From positions 1 through 64,000 of IMG/VR virus record IMGVR_UViG_3300030419_006105: 64,000 bases of DNA; one strand, written 5' to 3'. Below, piece by piece: positions 56,224-64,000 of this stretch. Under the pieces are notes generated by a model. It searched no databases. It had not been told where the DNA came from and saw nothing but the letters and a program-made list of their open reading frames with translations. Positions within the stretch are counted from its first letter, which is position 1. Each line of letters begins with the position of its first letter. Both the position numbers and the translations under genes were made by a program. The stretch is from a virus.

Positions 56224-58881
56224 GTGTATAGAAATTTAGCCTACATACCTAATCAACGAGTCATGAGACTCTACACATGGGATGAGGATGGAGTACGAAT
56301 AGAAACTGATTGTCCATATCAACCATATTTTTATTATGAAACAAACTCAAATAGATATGACGGAGTGTCGTTATATGGTACTAAATTAAGAAAAGTCTTC
56401 GCTAATAGTAATTTAGATCGCCGTAAAAAAATTGAAGATTTAAATGATCATAAAATTTATGAAAACATTACCCCGTATCAGCAATTTTTAGTAGATAGGT
56501 TTTGGGAAGTAAATGAAACTGACGATTTTAGTAAATTTCCTTTAAAGGTTTGGTTTTTTGATATTGAGACATATTCCCCTGACGAGTTTCCGAAACCAGA
56601 AGAAGCTAGTCATATGATAAATGTTATCACCATATATGACACTGTAAAGAAAACATATTATACATGGGGAATTAATCCATATACTCCGAAGACAGATGAT
56701 GTAGTTTATTTTCATTGCAACAATGAAGTCGATTTGTTGCAACGATTTTTAGATTTTTATTGTGAAGATAGACCAGATATATTATCCGGGTGGAATAGTG
56801 AAATATTTGATGTTCCGTATGTAATAAATCGAGTTAGAAATCTCTTAGGAGAAGATGCAACAAGACTGTTTTCACCAGTTCATGACGAAATAATGAAACC
56901 AATTTACCAGAGAGTGTACAAAGGTAATTTTGGTAAAACTACTACAAAATACGTTGTAGAAGGTATATCTATGCTTGATTATCTTGACGTGTATAAAACC
57001 TTCAGCATGGGTATGAGAGACAGTTATAAGCTAGATAACATAGCCCATATAGAACTAGGAGAGAACAAGGTAGATATAGGAGAAACTAACCTCGCATCCC
57101 TATCTATACAAGATTGGGACAAATTTGTTGATTATAATATTCATGACGTAAGACTACTAGTACGATTGGAAGCAAAGCTAATGTATATGGATTTAGCTAG
57201 AATGTTATCATATATTGGATTAACACCGTTTAACGCTGCTTTAGGTACAATTAGTACTGTTAATGGTAGGGCTATAGTTGAAGCCCGAAAGCAAGATCCT
57301 CCAAGGGTTATACCAACTTTTATAAAAGGAGACGATAGAACCGAAAAATATGAAGGTGCATATGTCGGTGAACCAAAACGTGGTTTTCAAGATAATATTA
57401 TCTCTTTTGATGCTAATTCTCTATACCCTAGTGTGATGGTAACTTTAAATTTAAGCCCAGAAACGAAAGTAGGAAGCATTGTTGGAACAGATAATGACAA
57501 GGTTTATGTAAAGACTGTAAATAACAAGGATATTGAAATGTCTTATAGTGATTTCAATAAATGGTGTACAAAAAATGAAATTGTAATTACTCGCGCAAAA
57601 AAATTATTCTCACAAAAAACCAAAGGAATCTTTCCTAGAATTACAGATCATTTTTATGCAATACGTTCTGGTAAAAAACAAGAATGGAACGAAGCTCGTG
57701 AAGAATTACATCAATTATCTGTGAAAATAGAGAACGAAACAGATGAGAAAAAATTAGACATCTTAAGAGAAAAATCAAAAGCTACACAGTTTAAGATTGA
57801 CCAACTTTGGATTTGGCAATTTACACTAAAAATTCTTATTAACCGAATTTATGGTTATTTTGGTAATAAAATATCACAAATGGGTGATGGTGATATTGCA
57901 AGATCAATTACTTTAACTGGCAGAGATGTAATTAAACAAAGTAATATTATTCTAAGAAATTATATTAAAAAGGTAACTGATTTAACTGACAAAGACTTAG
58001 ATAAAAATGATCCAATTATTTATAATGACACAGATAGTTCATATTGTACAATTACACCTATTTTGAATCATATGGGTATACCCTTACATATTGATAATAA
58101 AATTGATGATAGAGTATATAAAATAGTACAAGATATAGAAGATGATTTAAATGTTAATATTGAAAAATGGGCCAGGGAAACTCTATTAACTAAAGACCCA
58201 CGGTTTGTATTTAAACGAGAGTCTATTTGTGATAAAGGAATATTTTTACAGAAAAAAAGATATGTACTTCATAAATTAGATGACGAAGGAGTTGTATGTA
58301 ATAAATTCAAATATACAGGTGTTGAAGTAGTGAGAACTACAATGCCTAATGCAATAAAACCATATGTGAAGAAAATTATTGAGCATATGATTATGACTAA
58401 AAACCAAAATAGTACTAATGAATTATTTGAAGAAACATATGAAATTTTTAAGTCTCTTCCTATTAGGGATATTGCATTTGTAATGGGTGTTAAAGAGTAT
58501 GAGAAATATAGTATATATGCTAAAAACTGGGAAGTTAAAAAGGGAACACCTATACATGTTAAATCATCTATATACTATAACAAACTATTAGAGCATTATG
58601 GTATATCTCAAAAATACGAAGCTATTGGTTCAGGAGACAAAATACGATACTTTTATACAGTAACTCCAAATAAATTTGGTTTAAACTCTCTTGGATTTAA
58701 ATATGATTTTCCAGAGGAGTTTGAACAAGACTTTAAAATAGACTATGAAAAGATGTTTGATAAGATTGTTTATAGTGTTATTGATAGATTTTATGAAAAT
58801 GTAAATTGGAAATCTTTTAAACCCGGTCAAGCAGTAAACATGGACCTATTTGATTTCTTTAAAACAGAAGTTGCAAATTAA
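56224..58881 (+). CDS. gp43: Family B DNA polymerase (gp43-like)
   Basis: Exonuclease DIET, GWNS..FD, YN..D; polymerase SFDANSLYPS, KILINRIYG, YNDTDS, KKRY. Confidence 0.97.
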   Translation: MYRNLAYIPNQRVMRLYTWDEDGVRIETDCPYQPYFYYETNSNRYDGVSLYGTKLRKVFANSNLDRRKKIEDLNDHKIYENITPYQQFLVDRFWEVNETDDFSKFPLKVWFFDIETYSPDEFPKPEEASHMINVITIYDTVKKTYYTWGINPYTPKTDDVVYFHCNNEVDLLQRFLDFYCEDRPDILSGWNSEIFDVPYVINRVRNLLGEDATRLFSPVHDEIMKPIYQRVYKGNFGKTTTKYVVEGISMLDYLDVYKTFSMGMRDSYKLDNIAHIELGENKVDIGETNLASLSIQDWDKFVDYNIHDVRLLVRLEAKLMYMDLARMLSYIGLTPFNAALGTISTVNGRAIVEARKQDPPRVIPTFIKGDDRTEKYEGAYVGEPKRGFQDNIISFDANSLYPSVMVTLNLSPETKVGSIVGTDNDKVYVKTVNNKDIEMSYSDFNKWCTKNEIVITRAKKLFSQKTKGIFPRITDHFYAIRSGKKQEWNEAREELHQLSVKIENETDEKKLDILREKSKATQFKIDQLWIWQFTLKILINRIYGYFGNKISQMGDGDIARSITLTGRDVIKQSNIILRNYIKKVTDLTDKDLDKNDPIIYNDTDSSYCTITPILNHMGIPLHIDNKIDDRVYKIVQDIEDDLNVNIEKWARETLLTKDPRFVFKRESICDKGIFLQKKRYVLHKLDDEGVVCNKFKYTGVEVVRTTMPNAIKPYVKKIIEHMIMTKNQNSTNELFEETYEIFKSLPIRDIAFVMGVKEYEKYSIYAKNWEVKKGTPIHVKSSIYYNKLLEHYGISQKYEAIGSGDKIRYFYTVTPNKFGLNSLGFKYDFPEEFEQDFKIDYEKMFDKIVYSVIDRFYENVNWKSFKPGQAVNMDLFDFFKTEVAN

Positions 58882-58904
58882 TTTTCACAGCGTATAATAC
58901 TTAC

Positions 58905-59258
58905 ATGGACATTATCACATACATTGATAGTATAGGTAGAACTTGCTTTGGAGAGTTAGAAGAACGAACAGACGAGTTCATTAAAGTAAAGGCACCAGCC
59001 ATGATTATGGTAACTCCTAACGATGCCGCAAATATGAAGGTTGATGTTATGCCACTATTTTTTACAGAATTTTCTAATGGTGTACAACCCATTTTTATTT
59101 ATAAAAATTCACAATTTGTAGAAGTTACTATAGATATTTCTGAAAAGATTTTACAGCATTATCATGCTAAAATTAATACGAATGGTGAACCGAATCCTGA
59201 ACCAGTTGCTGAAGCTTTAGAGGAAGAAGTACCTGAGGTAACACTATTTGAAGATTAA
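58905..59258 (+). CDS. Hypothetical protein with an acidic C-terminus
   Basis: 117 aa; TTGCAA-N16-TATAAT-N6-ATG upstream. Confidence 0.65.
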   Translation: MDIITYIDSIGRTCFGELEERTDEFIKVKAPAMIMVTPNDAANMKVDVMPLFFTEFSNGVQPIFIYKNSQFVEVTIDISEKILQHYHAKINTNGEPNPEPVAEALEEEVPEVTLFED

Positions 59259-60348
59259 TATGGCTTCTCTCGCTGATAAAGCGTTCGCTAAATTACAAAA
59301 ATTAAATCAGAACGCAACTACATTAGAAAATAATACTCTAAGTAATGTAACCGAATGGATTGATACTGGATGTTTAGTACTTAATTCAATAGTATCAGGT
59401 TCGATTTATGGTGGTGTACCTAAGGGTAGAATTACCATTTTTGCTGGAGATTCTGGTTGCGGTAAAACATTTATTTTAAATAAAATATTAGCGAACGCTC
59501 AGCAAAAGGGAATGATTCCAATCATATTTGATACGGAGGTTGCTGTAGAAAATGAAGGTGCAGAAAATGTTGGATTAGATACATCAAACGTAAAGTACGT
59601 ACCAGTTGATACAGTAGAAAATTGTCGTAATCAAATTATGACCTTTTTAGATGAAGTTGAAAAAGAACCAGAACTACATGGTAAGTTTATTATTTCAATT
59701 GACTCTTTAGGTAATTTAGCGTCATCAAAAGAAATTCATGATGCTGAATCTAATAAAGGCGCCATGGATATGGGGCTAAGAGCTAAACAGCTTAAATCCA
59801 TGATGCGTATGGTTACGTTTAAAGCAGCTGTTACTGGTACAACTGTAATTTGTAGTAATCATACTTATGCTGATCCTGGTGCACTCCATCCTACCTTAGT
59901 TAAGTCCCAGGCTGGTGGCTCTGGTCCCATATACATGGCGTCTATATTAGTACAAATGGCAGCGAAAAAAGAACGAACTGATACAGGTAATGATAGTGAT
60001 GAAGCTTTAACCGAGAGTAGAAATTACTCTGGTGTTACTCTTCGTATGTTAACAGTAAAAAATAGATTTATACCTGCATTCCTTCAAGGTGAAGCATACT
60101 TAAACTTTAAAACTGGTTTAGAAAAATACTCAGGTCTAAAAGACGTTGCTGTAGCTCACGGCATTATTCAGCAAAACGGTTCTACATATAGTATGGGAGA
60201 TAAAAAATTAGGTTATTATAAAAATTGGCGCAACGATGATGAGACGTGGAATAATATATTACCTAAGTTAGAATCTTCTATAAGTGAGAAGTACCGATAT
60301 GGTAAATCACTTAATGAAGTAGCTATATTAGAACAAGACGATGAGTAA
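59248..60348 (+). CDS. uvsX: RecA-like recombinase (UvsX)
   Basis: IDTG...LN, GG.P.GRIT, GDSGCGKT, FDTE, IDSLG.L, DMG.RAK, NH.Y. Confidence 0.93.
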   Translation: MKINMASLADKAFAKLQKLNQNATTLENNTLSNVTEWIDTGCLVLNSIVSGSIYGGVPKGRITIFAGDSGCGKTFILNKILANAQQKGMIPIIFDTEVAVENEGAENVGLDTSNVKYVPVDTVENCRNQIMTFLDEVEKEPELHGKFIISIDSLGNLASSKEIHDAESNKGAMDMGLRAKQLKSMMRMVTFKAAVTGTTVICSNHTYADPGALHPTLVKSQAGGSGPIYMASILVQMAAKKERTDTGNDSDEALTESRNYSGVTLRMLTVKNRFIPAFLQGEAYLNFKTGLEKYSGLKDVAVAHGIIQQNGSTYSMGDKKLGYYKNWRNDDETWNNILPKLESSISEKYRYGKSLNEVAILEQDDE

Positions 60349-61036
60349 AGCAGTAGTTCCTATTTCGGGTGGTTTAGATAGTTCAATAATTCTAAGCTTA
60401 GCATCTCAAAAGCATGATGAAGTTTATGCATTAACTTATGACTATGGTCAAAAGCATAGAAAAGAAATCATAGCTGCTAGTAGTCAAATAAATGAATATG
60501 ATAATATAGAAGATCATGTAACTATAGATATTAGATTCTTTAGAGATATTGCTTCAACTTCTTCTCTTACTAATAATAATATTAAAGTGGCACATGCGAG
60601 GGATGTGTTAGGAGACGCTCAAACAGTAAATTATGTTCCATTTAGAAATATGATGATGCTATCAATTGCATGCTCATATGCAGAGTCAGTAGAAGCAGAT
60701 GTCGTATATCATGGATCAGCTCTAGTAGATAGTCAAGCTGGTTATTGGGACGGTAGTGCAGAATTTTTAGAACAAATTAATAACGTAACAGCGTTAAACC
60801 GTAAAAATAGAATACGGATAGAAGCACCATTAATTACATTATCTAAACAAGAAATTGTAAAGTTAGGTATCGATAATAATATAAATTTTGAAGACACATG
60901 GACATGTTATGAAGGGAAAGATAAAGCATGTGGTTATTGTACGGCATGTAGTTCTCGAATACAAGGCTTTTTGCAAAATAATATTAAAGACCCAATAGAA
61001 TATGAACGCGACGATATCCCCTGGAAAGGAACTTGA
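60341..61036 (+). CDS. queC: 7-cyano-7-deazaguanine synthase
   Basis: SGGLDS, YGQKH..E, YVPFRN, TWTCY, CG.C..C..R. Confidence 0.95.
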   Translation: MSKAVVPISGGLDSSIILSLASQKHDEVYALTYDYGQKHRKEIIAASSQINEYDNIEDHVTIDIRFFRDIASTSSLTNNNIKVAHARDVLGDAQTVNYVPFRNMMMLSIACSYAESVEADVVYHGSALVDSQAGYWDGSAEFLEQINNVTALNRKNRIRIEAPLITLSKQEIVKLGIDNNINFEDTWTCYEGKDKACGYCTACSSRIQGFLQNNIKDPIEYERDDIPWKGT

Positions 61037-61955
61037 GTATAGTGATGTACTGTTAGTACCTAAGTACAGTATATTACAGTCTCGTAAAGACGCAAATACT
61101 ACTCTATATGTAGGTAAGTTTAAATTTAATTTACCAGTTGTTCCTGCAAATATGGAGACTGTAATAAGTTTAGAACTTGCCAAAAAATTAGATGAGTTAG
61201 GTTATTTTTATATTATGCACCGATTTGAAGATGTAGTAAGATCGTGCGAATATATGAATAGAAATAAGTTTAAATGTATTAGTTTAAGTATTGGTGTTAA
61301 TTCACAATCTTATGAACAAATAGATAAAATTTTAGACAAAAAATTACGAGTAGATATTTTTACAATTGATGTAGCACATGGACATCATGTTAAAGTACAA
61401 AACATGATTCACTACATAAAAAATAAATTACCGAGTTGTGTTATTATAGCTGGTAATGTAGGGACATATGAAGGTTTTAAATATCTTGAAAAAGCAGGTG
61501 CAGATATTGTAAAAGTAGGAATTGGTTCTGGAGTAATATGTACAACTAGATTTAAAACAGGTTTTGGTACACCTATGTTTTCAACCATAACAAAAATAGC
61601 ACAATCAGATAATACTGCTAAAATTATGGCAGATGGTGGTTGTAAACATTTTGGTGATATTGCTAAAGCGTTTGTGGCAGGTGCTGATATGGTTATGGCA
61701 GGTTCTTTTTTTGCATCATGTATTGATTCACCAGCAAAGTTAGTTAACGGTATTAAACAATATTACGGTAGTACATCTTATAATCAAAAACAAGATAGGT
61801 TAAATTTTGTTGAAGGTAGAGAAGTTGAGTTAAACCTAGCACCAGAATATGAAATTAGATTAAAAGAAATACAAAGCGCTTTACAAAGCTCTCTTTCTTA
61901 TGCTGGTGGTTATGATTTAACTTGCCTTAAACAAGTAAAGTATATAACATTATAA
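61002..61955 (+). CDS. guaC: GMP reductase (GuaC type 2)
   Basis: PVVPANM, YIMHRF, IDVAHGH, KVGIG.G..CTT..KTGFG, ADGG, YYGS.S. Confidence 0.85.
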   Translation: MNATISPGKELEYSDVLLVPKYSILQSRKDANTTLYVGKFKFNLPVVPANMETVISLELAKKLDELGYFYIMHRFEDVVRSCEYMNRNKFKCISLSIGVNSQSYEQIDKILDKKLRVDIFTIDVAHGHHVKVQNMIHYIKNKLPSCVIIAGNVGTYEGFKYLEKAGADIVKVGIGSGVICTTRFKTGFGTPMFSTITKIAQSDNTAKIMADGGCKHFGDIAKAFVAGADMVMAGSFFASCIDSPAKLVNGIKQYYGSTSYNQKQDRLNFVEGREVELNLAPEYEIRLKEIQSALQSSLSYAGGYDLTCLKQVKYITL

Positions 61956-61957
61956 TT

Positions 61958-62623
61958 ATGTGTGGAATATTTGGATCAAACAATATAGAAACGTTTAGAG
62001 AGCTGTATATTAAAAACACAGAACGTGGTAATTTTGTACGCAGTATAACAAAATTATTCCCTGCAGGAACTAGAAATAATATACGAGTAGAAACTAATTA
62101 CGAGCAAGATTTAGGTAAACATATACATGAAAATCCGTTTTGCATGTATTACTTAGGTCACTTACAATCACCAACATCTAAAGTAAGAGATTTTAATAAA
62201 ACAACTAGCCATCCGTTTAATTTAAATAATCAATATCTTGCTCATAATGGAGTATTAGAAAATGATAGAGATTTAATTGAAGAATATAACCTAGAAGGAT
62301 ATAATGATGTGGATAGTAGTGTAATATTACCGTTAATAGAAAAGATTGGATTTGAAGACGCAATATCTTCTTTACAAGGAACGTTTAGTTGTTGGTATTA
62401 TAATAGTAACACTGGGAGTTTACGGATATTTAGATCTGGTTCTACATTATTTTCTAACGGTGGAGATTTTAGTTCAATACAACCAGAAACTGACCACGAA
62501 AGAGTCAATAGCTTAGGATATAAATATATAAACGAAGGGTCTATATTAGAATATAACTTTACTTCTAACACTTTTAAGGAGGTTAATCAGTTTGAACTTA
62601 ATAAGACTCCGTTCTTTTTATGA
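61958..62623 (+). CDS. Stand-alone class II (Ntn) glutamine amidotransferase domain
   Basis: N-terminal MCGIFG, HPF, AHNGVL, DVDS. Confidence 0.85.
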   Translation: MCGIFGSNNIETFRELYIKNTERGNFVRSITKLFPAGTRNNIRVETNYEQDLGKHIHENPFCMYYLGHLQSPTSKVRDFNKTTSHPFNLNNQYLAHNGVLENDRDLIEEYNLEGYNDVDSSVILPLIEKIGFEDAISSLQGTFSCWYYNSNTGSLRIFRSGSTLFSNGGDFSSIQPETDHERVNSLGYKYINEGSILEYNFTSNTFKEVNQFELNKTPFFL

Positions 62624-63324
62624 AAACTTTAATAGCAACAGCTACTAAACATGATATAGACGGGTTTAAAAATACTAGACTATCAAAAAGTTTAACATAT
62701 CACAAAGAAAATCAAAGCGTTGTAAACTATGAATTAGAACCAACATTTAATAATACAACTGGTTTATGTTCTGTATATAATAATTATCTAACGAAAAAAT
62801 ACCTAAAGAAATATGACTGTATATTATTTGTACATGATGATTTACATATCGATAGTGTTAATTTTTTAACATGCATAAGAGAGTATTTTAAAAAGGGTTA
62901 TGATGTAGTAGGATTAGCTGGCGGTAGTAAAATACAAATTAAAAAACCATGTCTATGGCATATTTTATGTAAACCGGAAACCCTATCAGGAGTTGTAGCT
63001 CATTACAAAAACAAAACAGATTATTATCAAACTATATTTGGACAAGTACCAAAAGAAGTTGTATTATTAGACGGTTTATTTTTAGCTGTAAAGACAAAAT
63101 CATTAGCATTACATAATATACGATTTGATGAAAATATAAAAGGATTCCATCATTATGATCTAAAATTTTGTTTAGATTGCCATTTAGCAGGTATGCGTTT
63201 GACGACAGCTCCAATACAAGTAATTCATGACTCACCAGGCTTAACTAAATTCACAGAAGAATTTGCAAAATCAGAGGAGTACCTATATAATGTACTCGTA
63301 AAACATGCTGACCAGCGAAAATAA
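62620..63324 (+). CDS. GT-A glycosyltransferase-like protein
   Basis: YN, FVHDD, G.AG, LDGLFLA, FDE....FHHYD. Confidence 0.75.
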   Translation: MKTLIATATKHDIDGFKNTRLSKSLTYHKENQSVVNYELEPTFNNTTGLCSVYNNYLTKKYLKKYDCILFVHDDLHIDSVNFLTCIREYFKKGYDVVGLAGGSKIQIKKPCLWHILCKPETLSGVVAHYKNKTDYYQTIFGQVPKEVVLLDGLFLAVKTKSLALHNIRFDENIKGFHHYDLKFCLDCHLAGMRLTTAPIQVIHDSPGLTKFTEEFAKSEEYLYNVLVKHADQRK

Positions 63325-64000
63325 TTATTTAGATATAGATCTTGATTATTTAGAGAAAATAGTATTTAAAAATTGTCTTGAAGATGATATTTATTTAAAT
63401 TCTATTATTGATAATCTTAATTATAAGTTTTTTAAAAATAAAGACTTTCAACAGATTATTAAATTAATTCAAGCTCTATATAAGAAGAATAATAAGAGAC
63501 CAACGCGTACAGAATTAGAATTATACTTAAATAATGATCAGTTAAAAGAACATTATAATAAAAGTAAAATAATAATTAATGACGTTGATTCAGATTTAAC
63601 ATCTGAAGATTTATATGCTTATACAGAAAAATACTTGCAAGAGCAAGCTGTATTTAATACATTTTTAGAAATTGTTGATAGTAAAGAGAGAGATGTAAAA
63701 ACAATACATGATAAGTTTAATAAAGCTTGTAATATTTCTATTACTACAAATGTAGGTCATAATTATTTTAAAGACATTGAAGAACATATAACCAATTTAA
63801 CTACAAGAGAACATAAAATTAAAACTGGGTGGGATTGGTTAGATGAAAGATTAGATGGAGGTTTCCTGGAAGCTGGTAGAAGTATGTATGTATTTGCAGG
63901 TCCGACTAATGTAGGTAAATCTATATTCTTAAGCAATATAGCCACGACTGCAGCAAGTGAAGGAAAAAATGTACTAGTAATTTCTCTTGAAATGTCAGAA
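63305..64000 (+). CDS. gp41: Replicative DnaB-like helicase (gp41), runs off the window edge
   Basis: Manual translation from ATG 63305: MLTSENNYLDIDLDYLEKIVFK...IKTGWDWLDERLDGG...FAGPTNVGKSIFLSN...LVISLEMSE. Confidence 0.92.
   Translation, partial: MLTSENNYLDIDLDYLEKIVFKNCLEDDIYLNSIIDNLNYKFFKNKDFQQIIKLIQALYKKNNKRPTRTELELYLNNDQLKEHYNKSKIIINDVDSDLTSEDLYAYTEKYLQEQAVFNTFLEIVDSKERDVKTIHDKFNKACNISITTNVGHNYFKDIEEHITNLTTREHKIKTGWDWLDERLDGGFLEAGRSMYVFAGPTNVGKSIFLSNIATTAASEGKNVLVISLEMSE

Larger units (their letters stand above)
1..64000. other. Segment of a large T4-like myophage genome
   Basis: Recognisable gp23, gp22, gp21, gp20, gp13, gp15, gp4, gp55, gp46/47, gp43, UvsX/Y/W and gp41 homologues; dense gene packing; T4-type TAAATA late promoter motifs. 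Confidence 0.97.

Noticed and set aside
1-64000. Stop-codon reassignment, inteins, group I introns and tRNA genes
   Set aside because: Core genes are full length in the standard code and TAA, TAG and TGA all serve as stops; no intein or intron interruption is seen in gp43, gp46, uvsX or the gp41 part; no cloverleaf noticed by eye (tRNAscan not run)

Overview
The window is part of a large, AT-rich T4-like (Tevenvirinae-type core) myophage genome read with the standard genetic code. It contains: the start of a gp5-like baseplate gene; a 7-deazaguanine DNA-modification cluster (TGT/DpdA-like, PurN/DpdN-like formyltransferase, DUF1599-like, NMP-kinase-like, QueF); a rearranged head/neck module (gp23, gp22, gp67-like, gp21, gp4, gp13, gp20, gp15); accessory genes (DinG helicase, GroES-like, gp62, PPase, DUF366-like); a ~26 kb glycan/nucleotide-sugar island (many glycosyltransferases, HddA, ColD-type, ThDP enzyme, PanB, radical SAMs, RmlC); PhoH and queE/queD/folE; two late-promoter genes with head-protease-type cleavage motifs; and the replication/recombination module (uvsY, uvsW, gp55, gp47, gp46, GT, gp43, uvsX, queC, guaC, GATase, GT, gp41 partial). 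The most striking unexplained signal is ORF 48810..49736: its N-terminus copies 31 aa of the major capsid protein N-arm (16/31 identical, no gaps) and is followed by a basic patch and two ADP-ribosyltransferase-like domains. Also notable are pervasive promoter-adjacent (apparently leaderless) start codons and a Ser-to-Arg change in DNA polymerase motif B. All calls come from motif recognition by eye; no database searches were run.
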